A stretch of 64,000 nucleotides of DNA from a virus. Each line of letters opens with the position of its first letter. Position 1 is the first letter of the stretch. The position numbers and the translations under genes were made by a program. The stretch lies in the IMG/VR virus record IMGVR_UViG_3300006735_000023, positions 15,144-79,143 of that record; one strand, given 5' to 3'. Below are positions 57,928-64,000 of this stretch, one piece after another. The notes under the pieces are model-generated. The model worked only from the letters and a program-made list of their open reading frames with translations, did not search any database and was not told where the DNA came from.

Positions 57928-57977
57928 GCTTTATTTATAAGGTTTTTTATTATAATTTTTAACAAAAATATACAGTT

Positions 57978-58202
57978 ATGAGAATTATGCGAGTAGTAGA
58001 ATTAGAATTACTTTCACAAAAAGAAAAATTAGAATTTGAATTAGAAGAGTTACTTAATAGAGAATCTAATATTTCTACTGACGAAAGAGTTAATAAAGTT
58101 TTGGAACTTTTGGATAAACAAACAAAAAACTTAAGTTCTTTACAATTATGGAGTTCCTACATGACAGGAGTTGCAGAAAATAATAAAACAGAAAAAAGAT
58201 AA
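57978..58202 (+). CDS. Small helical hypothetical protein
   Basis: 74-aa ORF. Confidence 0.6.
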   Translation: MRIMRVVELELLSQKEKLEFELEELLNRESNISTDERVNKVLELLDKQTKNLSSLQLWSSYMTGVAENNKTEKR

Positions 58203-58207
58203 TTAAA

Positions 58208-58387
58208 ATGAATACATATTTTGAAATAAAAAAATTAATAGAAGAGATGGAAGACGATGTTACTAAAGTCTACACAAAAAATAATAAAGCAGCTGCAGTT
58301 AGAGTTAGAAAAAACCTACAAGAACTTAAGACAATGGCTCAAACATTTAGAATTGAAATAAACGAAGTTAGAAAACAATGGGACTAA
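58208..58387 (+). CDS. Hc1-family (histone H1-like) small protein, 59 aa (absent from ORF track)
   Basis: Hand translation MNTYFEIKKLIEEMEDDVTKVYTKNNKAAAVRVRKNLQELKTMAQTFRIEINEVRKQWD; NKAA..R.RK..ELK..A...R signature. Confidence 0.8.
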   Translation: MNTYFEIKKLIEEMEDDVTKVYTKNNKAAAVRVRKNLQELKTMAQTFRIEINEVRKQWD

Positions 58388-58584
58388 TCTTATTAAATAA
58401 ACTATTAATTTTATGCTTGTGGTTATCAGTATTTAATGTGATTAAAGAAATAACCTTATTTCTAGTCAATCTATTGGTTACTGATCAACCCTCTCCTTGG
58501 GTTATGTCTGATAAAAAAAGTTTTTTATTAGGAATATCATTATCATATATTATGTTATGTATATTTAACGGAATTACAATTTAA
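58378..58584 (+). CDS. Small two-TM membrane protein
   Basis: Two hydrophobic segments. Confidence 0.6.
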   Translation: MGLILLNKLLILCLWLSVFNVIKEITLFLVNLLVTDQPSPWVMSDKKSFLLGISLSYIMLCIFNGITI

Positions 58585-58586
58585 TT

Positions 58587-58985
58587 ATGAGTGTTAAAGA
58601 AAGAGTATCGACATTATTACCATATCTAAAAGAAATTAAGTTTAGTGAAAACTTAGTTTTAGTTAGTGGGGCGTTTTATCCTAAATGGGTTGTTTTAGAA
58701 AAAAAGAATTTACCCATTAAAATGCATAAAGGAGAGGCAGATGAAAATGGAAGAGTAACATATCATTTTTATGGTGAAAATAAAAATGTAGATGTAGATA
58801 TAGTACTTGATTTTTTTGAAGATGTTATAAATGAGAATTTAGATAGGGAAAGAAAAGAGGATTTATTTAAGAAGAAGGTAGATGAACTTAAGAAAGTCTT
58901 TAAGACAAACACAATAACAGATTTAGAAAATCTTGAAATAGAAATAAAAGAAGAAATAGGATTAATAGAGAAAGAAAATGAGTAG
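58587..58985 (+). CDS. Hypothetical phage protein
   Basis: 132-aa ORF; N.DRERKE.LFKKKVDELK coiled coil. Confidence 0.65.
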   Translation: MSVKERVSTLLPYLKEIKFSENLVLVSGAFYPKWVVLEKKNLPIKMHKGEADENGRVTYHFYGENKNVDVDIVLDFFEDVINENLDRERKEDLFKKKVDELKKVFKTNTITDLENLEIEIKEEIGLIEKENE

Positions 58986-59307
58986 TAGTTTAATTTATAT
59001 ATTATTAGCTTATGGGCTAACAAACATAGTTGTATACGGGAGTATATTTAACACCCCAAGAACATGGTTAAAATCAAAATCAACATGGATAGATGAATTA
59101 TTATCTTGTATGATGTGTTCCTCATTCTGGGTTGGAGCAATTCTAGGTTGGTTCGTAAAGAATCCAGTTGATAAGATAGTCACATTTGAAGAAAACCTGT
59201 GGTTTATTCCTCTAACGGGTCTATTATATGGTGTATTTACATCAGGATGTGTGTGGTTAATACATACTTTGCAAGAGTATTTTGAAAGATCTAACCCTTC
59301 AGAATAG
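58978..59307 (+). CDS. DUF1360-like membrane protein
   Basis: IF..PR..L, ELLSCMMCSSFWVG. Confidence 0.75.
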   Translation: MSSSLIYILLAYGLTNIVVYGSIFNTPRTWLKSKSTWIDELLSCMMCSSFWVGAILGWFVKNPVDKIVTFEENLWFIPLTGLLYGVFTSGCVWLIHTLQEYFERSNPSE

Positions 59308-59328
59308 TAATATTATTTTTTGGTTTGT

Positions 59329-59367
59329 AAAATGAGAGATATAACATTTATTCTCTCATTTTTTTTG
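59329..59367 (+). terminator. Putative rho-independent terminator
   Basis: AAAATGAGAGA / TCTCTCATTTT stem followed by T run, intergenic. Confidence 0.6.
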
Positions 59368-59381
59368 CATAATTATAACAA

Positions 59382-59621
59382 ATGAACAATATTGAACGTA
59401 ATATACGAATATTAGAAAATGAAAAAATTTCTATAGATAAGAGTATAAATAACCACAAGAAAAAATTTATTGATGAAATAAAGAATGGACTGGGTAAAAA
59501 AATAATAGAAGAAATTAACAACCCTAAAGAAAAAAAGCAAGAGGTAAAAGAAGAAAAAGAACAGAGTAATGGGTTATTTAGAACAATGAAGAAATGGATA
59601 TCGAGTCTATTGGAAAAATAG
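59382..59621 (+). CDS. Small hypothetical protein
   Basis: 79-aa ORF. Confidence 0.6.
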   Translation: MNNIERNIRILENEKISIDKSINNHKKKFIDEIKNGLGKKIIEEINNPKEKKQEVKEEKEQSNGLFRTMKKWISSLLEK

Positions 59622-59806
59622 TAGAGTTTTTTGAAACCGAAGTTAAACAATCTAATGTCACTATTAGAGTTGATTTACCATCCTTGGTGCATAAAAAACT
59701 TCAGAAAGAACTACAGGAATTAAATATTATCAACCAGAAAGATTTTATTGATGAATTTAATATAACTATAAAAGATATAGAATTTAACTTTGTAATAAAA
59801 AAATAA
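59594..59806 (+). CDS. Small hypothetical protein
   Basis: 70-aa ORF. Confidence 0.55.
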   Translation: MDIESIGKIVEFFETEVKQSNVTIRVDLPSLVHKKLQKELQELNIINQKDFIDEFNITIKDIEFNFVIKK

Positions 59807-60016
59807 ATGACTACCTTTACACATAGAATAAAACAAAAACATTTACCTGAAGGAATAAATATAATAATCGAGGGTAAAAAAAATAACATTAAACACACCT
59901 TTAATACAACTCTAACTTATAAAGAGTTAAAAAAACAAAACTATAATGAAGTAGTTAAGGGTTTAGTAGATGGGTTAGAACAAAAAATCAATATATTAAC
60001 TATTCAGAATATTTAA
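59807..60016 (+). CDS. Small hypothetical protein
   Basis: 69-aa ORF abutting the previous stop. Confidence 0.55.
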   Translation: MTTFTHRIKQKHLPEGINIIIEGKKNNIKHTFNTTLTYKELKKQNYNEVVKGLVDGLEQKINILTIQNI

Positions 60017-60022
60017 GAATAC

Positions 60023-60322
60023 ATGACAGTCCAACAATATCTAGATAAAATGGAGAGACAATTAGAGGAAACTTTAACTAAAAATCTCCAAAAATATATT
60101 CCAGCAATTCTAGAAAGAGTCGAAAAACTATCCGTAGAAAAATTTATTAATGAAGGTGATCCCGTCCTAGACATTATAGAGTTCAAAACCATTTTTGATA
60201 AAATAATAACAGAGGCACTCCAAAGAATATATAATGAAAATCAAGAAGAAGGAATATTTCAAACAATAACAATTAAAGATTTAGATGAAAAAACTTTGAC
60301 TTTTCGAATTGGGTTAAATTAA
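60023..60322 (+). CDS. Small hypothetical protein
   Basis: 99-aa ORF; stop overlaps the convergent gene's stop. Confidence 0.6.
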   Translation: MTVQQYLDKMERQLEETLTKNLQKYIPAILERVEKLSVEKFINEGDPVLDIIEFKTIFDKIITEALQRIYNENQEEGIFQTITIKDLDEKTLTFRIGLN

Positions 60323-60981
60323 CGAGTCATACCTCTCCATAAGTAATCTCTACTTATTTTAAGAACACTACCTAACTTAGTATACAAACCACTTCTTTTG
60401 TCTCTAGGTACCTCACCAGAAAAAAGAACATTTATTTTTTTCTTTTTCATAAATAATTCTTTTATCCTTTCATAAAGACGAATAGAATCCAACTTATTTT
60501 TAGTAACAACTAAATTAATATCCCTACCAACCTCAACACATAGTTTATTTTGAAATCTATATATATGACCAGTTTCTTTTTTATTAGAATTTAGAGAAGG
60601 GTTAATAACTTTTGAAATTAAATCTATAAGTGTAAATCTTTCACTTTCTCCATACACCTTAAAGTTTTCTTCATAGTAGTAAGGACGATGTTTTAATAGA
60701 ACCCATTCATTATCATCACTAAACACGGGTTCTTTAGTTCGCCCAAACCCGTCTCTTAACAAGATACTTTGTTCTGAATCAGAACTTCTTCGCTTCAAAA
60801 GAAGGATTTCAAAGTTTACATCTATGGGAGTTTTATTACTTATAAACTTAACAGGAAATAAGACTTTATTGTTGCGTACTAATGTGTTAAAACGCTGAGT
60901 CGCGTTCTTTTTAACATTAGTCTCAAAAACAAGCTTCTTTTTTCTTCTATTTTTTGTTATTATTATACAATATGTTTTCAT
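60319..60981 (-). CDS. Basic hypothetical protein; the only credible minus-strand gene
   Basis: Occupies an otherwise empty 700-nt gap; start MKTYC at 60981 preceded by minus-strand TATTTATA. Confidence 0.75.
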   Translation of the reverse strand: MKTYCIIITKNRRKKKLVFETNVKKNATQRFNTLVRNNKVLFPVKFISNKTPIDVNFEILLLKRRSSDSEQSILLRDGFGRTKEPVFSDDNEWVLLKHRPYYYEENFKVYGESERFTLIDLISKVINPSLNSNKKETGHIYRFQNKLCVEVGRDINLVVTKNKLDSIRLYERIKELFMKKKKINVLFSGEVPRDKRSGLYTKLGSVLKISRDYLWRGMTR

Positions 60982-61012
60982 ATTATATAAATATAAATTA
61001 ATTAAGATAAAA

Positions 61013-61957
61013 ATGAACAATTATTACGATATTCTTGGTGTTACAAAGGATTCAACAACGGATGAAATTAAGAAGGCCTATAGGAAACTATCCAAAGAAC
61101 ATCACCCAGATAGGGGAGGAGATGAAAATAAGTTCAAAGAAGTTGCGGAGGCCTACGGTACTTTAGGAGATGAAAATAAGAGACAGCAGTACAATAATAA
61201 GTTAAATAATCCATTTTCTAATTTTTCAGATGGAAATATGAACACTAGTGATATTTTTGACCAATTTTTTAACTCAGGAGGTGCCACATCAAGGAATTAT
61301 AGACCTGGACAAGACCTTAACGCTAATATTCGAGTCACTCTAATAGATATTGATAATGGAATGACAAAAACCATTAGATATAAAAGGAGAATTTTTGATA
61401 GAGATAGACCACCACAAACCTGTAGATCATGTAATGGAAGAGGGGTGGTAAATTTGATGGGTCCTTTTCAAACTAAGTGCAGTCAATGTCAAGGACAGGG
61501 AAGAATAAATGTACATAAAATAGTAGAACAACAGATAGAATTTGATATACCAAAAGGTGTAAAAAATGGAGAAAGAATATTTTATGCTGGTTTCGGTAAT
61601 GAGGATGTAGGAGGAATGGGTAATTTATATATTGTAATAAACGAAGTTCCACACCCAAAATTCCAAAGAGAAGGTAATAATTTAATAATAGAGACTCCAC
61701 TTACATTTCCAGATTTAATTCTGGGAACTTCAATTGAAGTCGAGACCCTTAAAGGGTTAATAAAGGTTAATATAGAACCAAACTCAAAACCTTTTGATAG
61801 ATTAAGAGTAAAAGGTAAAGGATTACATAACGAGTGTGGTGTTGGTAATCTTATAGTAATATTAAAACTAATTGTACCAGAAAAAATTAATGAACAAGAA
61901 AGAAAACTTTTAGAGGAGTTGAAACTCTCTGAAAATTTTAATAATATTAAGTATTAA
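61013..61957 (+). CDS. dnaJ: DnaJ co-chaperone with only two CxxCxGxG motifs
   Basis: J domain with HPD, F-rich linker, CRSCNGRG and CSQCQGQG, C-terminal substrate-binding domains. Confidence 0.92.
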   Translation: MNNYYDILGVTKDSTTDEIKKAYRKLSKEHHPDRGGDENKFKEVAEAYGTLGDENKRQQYNNKLNNPFSNFSDGNMNTSDIFDQFFNSGGATSRNYRPGQDLNANIRVTLIDIDNGMTKTIRYKRRIFDRDRPPQTCRSCNGRGVVNLMGPFQTKCSQCQGQGRINVHKIVEQQIEFDIPKGVKNGERIFYAGFGNEDVGGMGNLYIVINEVPHPKFQREGNNLIIETPLTFPDLILGTSIEVETLKGLIKVNIEPNSKPFDRLRVKGKGLHNECGVGNLIVILKLIVPEKINEQERKLLEELKLSENFNNIKY

Positions 61958-61969
61958 AAAATTAAATAA

Positions 61970-62182
61970 ATGGAAGAATCTAAATACTACTTGGTAAAAG
62001 TAAAAGAAAAGTTTGTGGATGTAGAAACAAACAAAGTAAAAACAACAACCAGACAAAAATTAGTAGACGCTATGTCTATAACAGAGGCTGAAGTTAAAAC
62101 AGTTAAGTTATATGAAGGGTGTACTTATGAATGGAAAATAACAAGTGTCGCTGAAAGTCCAATCGACGAAATAATATCTTAA
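61970..62182 (+). CDS. DUF4494-like small protein
   Basis: LVDAMSITEAE...ITSVAESPIDEI. Confidence 0.7.
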   Translation: MEESKYYLVKVKEKFVDVETNKVKTTTRQKLVDAMSITEAEVKTVKLYEGCTYEWKITSVAESPIDEIIS

Positions 62183-62183
62183 A

Positions 62184-62405
62184 ATGAAAGGAAAAAAATT
62201 AATGTACGATGCCTTAATGGCACAATGTGGAGCTGAAAAAACTGAGGCTCTTTTTACTCTTAATAACTATATGGAAAATAGTGTAGGTATTGGAGAACAC
62301 CCACAACAAGTGGAGGAGGCAATGAAGGCTTTAAGTAAATTATCAGAAGCTGAAGATAAAATGTCAAAACTAGAAAAATATTTTAACGAAAAAGAAAATC
62401 TGTAA
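62184..62405 (+). CDS. Small phage helical protein
   Basis: NSVGIGEHPQ motif. Confidence 0.65.
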   Translation: MKGKKLMYDALMAQCGAEKTEALFTLNNYMENSVGIGEHPQQVEEAMKALSKLSEAEDKMSKLEKYFNEKENL

Positions 62406-62407
62406 GT

Positions 62408-63226
62408 ATGTGTCTAAGTTATATAGGTGGAAAAAGTAGAATAGGTAAATGGATTGCAGGTTATATTCCTTCAGATATTGAAACTTACGTGGAACCGTTT
62501 GGAGGAATGTACTGGGTCTTTTTTAAGATGAATCCAGATTCCTTAATGAATCTAAAGACAGTTGTATATAATGACTTTAATCCATTAAATACAAATTTCT
62601 TCAAATGTATTTCTAAAAAACATAAAGAAATGTTACAATACATGCAAAATATCCCAGCACAAGAAAAGGATAGATTTTATGAGTATCAGAAAGAAATATT
62701 TTCAAATGATTTAGAAATGAATGATGATGGGGATGTGCCAATAGCTGTTAAGTACGCTTATGTATTAACACAGGTCTGGAGTGGAACCAATCCAGACGGT
62801 GCATCTTTTATCGATCTCAAGGGTAAATACAAATCTAAGTTTGACACATTTAGAGATAAACTATCAAATCCTAAATGGACCAAATTATTTGAAATGATAA
62901 CATTTGTGGAGAATATGGACTTTCAAAAAGTTGTTGAAAAGTATGACTCACCAACAACTTATGTTTACTTAGACCCACCATACTGGAAAACAGAAGATTA
63001 TTATTCTAATCATGATTTCGATCGAGCAGACCATGAAAGAGTTGCAAAAACTTTACATAAAATGGAAGGAAAGTTTTCATTAAGTTATTATGATTTTGAA
63101 CTATTACATACATGGTTCCCACAAACAAACTACAAATGGGAACGAAGAGAGTTCGCAAAAGCGGCCGGAGCCAAGTCAGGTAAAAAACAATCCAAAGGAG
63201 AAGAACTTTTAATTATGAATTATTAA
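62408..63226 (+). CDS. dam: DNA adenine methyltransferase, Dam/D12 class
   Basis: YIGGKS, YVEPFGG, VYNDFN, YLDPPY; target sequence not determinable from sequence alone. Confidence 0.9.
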   Translation: MCLSYIGGKSRIGKWIAGYIPSDIETYVEPFGGMYWVFFKMNPDSLMNLKTVVYNDFNPLNTNFFKCISKKHKEMLQYMQNIPAQEKDRFYEYQKEIFSNDLEMNDDGDVPIAVKYAYVLTQVWSGTNPDGASFIDLKGKYKSKFDTFRDKLSNPKWTKLFEMITFVENMDFQKVVEKYDSPTTYVYLDPPYWKTEDYYSNHDFDRADHERVAKTLHKMEGKFSLSYYDFELLHTWFPQTNYKWERREFAKAAGAKSGKKQSKGEELLIMNY

Positions 63227-63236
63227 TTTTTTTTAG

Positions 63237-63244
63237 TATCTTTG
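63237..63244 (+). promoter_or_regulatory. Bacteroidota -7 element TATCTTTG
   Basis: Intergenic, immediately before ATG 63249; -33 element imperfect. Confidence 0.45.
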
Positions 63245-63248
63245 TAGT

Positions 63249-64000
63249 ATGAAAGATAATGAAAAAGTTATATTAAGGTATTCATGGGAAAATCTGTGTT
63301 CAACAGAATACCATAACTATATGCCTATTGATGGTTATAGAGTCAAAAATGAGGATATAGTAAGTGACGTAAGTCCAGAGTGGATAACCTTTAACAATTC
63401 ATTAGTAAAGAAAAGTAAAGAAGGGGTTGACTTGTTTAAGTCTACACAAGTACCCGATAATTCTTTATTATATTATAAAAAATCTGAAAAATGTCAGATG
63501 AATGAGAAAGAGTGGAATGAAAAGGCATTTAATAAGTTAACTCATAATATGGTTAATAGGGTAACTCTTGTATTATCTGAGTTACCAGGAAATAAACTAA
63601 AACTTTCATTATTTAGATTTAGAAAAGAAAAAAGAGCAGGTTTCCAAAACTTTAAGAAAAGTAATGATGATGTTCACATCACAATCAATCGAGATACTAA
63701 GAACTGGTTCTACACAAAAACTTCATTCTTAAATAGAAAAAGAACTGTTCGTACATCTAAAAATCCTTTTATTTGGGTAGAGAACAATTTAGAAAATTCC
63801 TTCAAGTTAGATAATATTTTCGGGTGGTATAGAGTAGTTACTCATGTGGAAGCAGTGGATTCACAAGATCCAATCAGAAAAGAAATGGTAACAGCACTCC
63901 TTACAATTCATAATAAAATTGCTAAACTACTTAAACAAGATACCGACTCAACCCTATCACATAATATTATACAAGGTACACCAGTAACATTTGGTTATAG
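63249..64000 (+). CDS. Hypothetical protein truncated by the window edge
   Basis: ATG 63249 (MKDNEKVILRYSW..); frame appears open to the end, so it is missing from the ORF track. Confidence 0.65.
   Translation, partial: MKDNEKVILRYSWENLCSTEYHNYMPIDGYRVKNEDIVSDVSPEWITFNNSLVKKSKEGVDLFKSTQVPDNSLLYYKKSEKCQMNEKEWNEKAFNKLTHNMVNRVTLVLSELPGNKLKLSLFRFRKEKRAGFQNFKKSNDDVHITINRDTKNWFYTKTSFLNRKRTVRTSKNPFIWVENNLENSFKLDNIFGWYRVVTHVEAVDSQDPIRKEMVTALLTIHNKIAKLLKQDTDSTLSHNIIQGTPVTFGY

Larger units (their letters stand above)
1..64000. other. Segment of a large (jumbo-type) myovirus genome, probable Bacteroidota host
   Basis: T4-like gp32, UvsX, gp41, gp25, gp6, gp46/47-type genes; tightly packed co-oriented ORFs; no housekeeping operons; Bacteroidota-type sigma, promoters and T9SS tail. 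Confidence 0.92.

Noticed and set aside
76-57939. Reading TATTTATA as antisense T4-type TATAAATA promoters
   Set aside because: The motif sits just upstream of sense starts and flips with the one minus-strand gene, which favours sense function
352-61700. Numerous short alternative-frame and antisense ORFs in the track (e.g. 469..696, 1633..1875, 19939..20436, 56243..56746)
   Set aside because: Nested in longer, motif-bearing + strand genes; composition reflects shadow frames (the His/Gln-rich 469..696 is the shifted frame of the Pro/Thr repeat)
1-64000. CRISPR array, tRNA or rRNA genes
   Set aside because: Intergenic gaps are short and AT-rich; no repeat-spacer periodicity or cloverleaf seen by eye (tRNAscan and CRISPR finders were not run)
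1-64000. Stop-codon reassignment as in some large Bacteroidota phages
   Set aside because: Conserved genes are intact and tightly packed under code 11, and TAG ends some real genes (e.g. 1445, 35931, 38899)

Overview
AT-rich, gene-dense segment of a large tailed dsDNA phage (jumbo-type myovirus), almost entirely on the + strand. The host is very likely a Bacteroidota, probably an aquatic Flavobacteriales-like bacterium. Support: a Bacteroidota-type primary sigma factor, TTTG-N19/20-TAnnTTTG promoters, A-rich starts without Shine-Dalgarno sites, DUF4494-, DUF6576- and Hc1-like genes, and a type IX secretion (T9SS) C-terminal signal. Layout: replication/recombination block (gp32-like SSB, RecA/UvsX, 5'-3' exonuclease, DnaB, class II RNR; 1.6-8.3 kb); a 34-kb baseplate/tail module (gp25, gp6-like and very large Cys-rich proteins carrying inserted modules; 8.7-42.4 kb); RuvC, primase, exonuclease, SbcD/SbcC, a DNA methylase and sigma70 (42.4-50.7 kb); an atypical lysis-like/envelope cassette (50.7-54.6 kb); putative protease-processed head proteins (54.6-57.4 kb); then small genes, Hc1, DnaJ and Dam. 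Most notable observations: (1) a phage-encoded secreted WCGPC thioredoxin with a T9SS sorting tail plus an unannotated 39-aa Cys-rich lipoprotein, under a host-type promoter between two spanin-like genes, in a phage with very Cys-rich virion proteins; (2) a sigma54-like -24/-12 promoter with an adjacent palindrome upstream of the phage sigma70 gene; (3) a recently copied 4-Cys mini-module and other passenger domains grafted into baseplate proteins; (4) an amidase lacking its catalytic residues; (5) a recurrent TATTTATA motif, a probable late promoter. All family calls come from motif recognition by eye; no searches were run.
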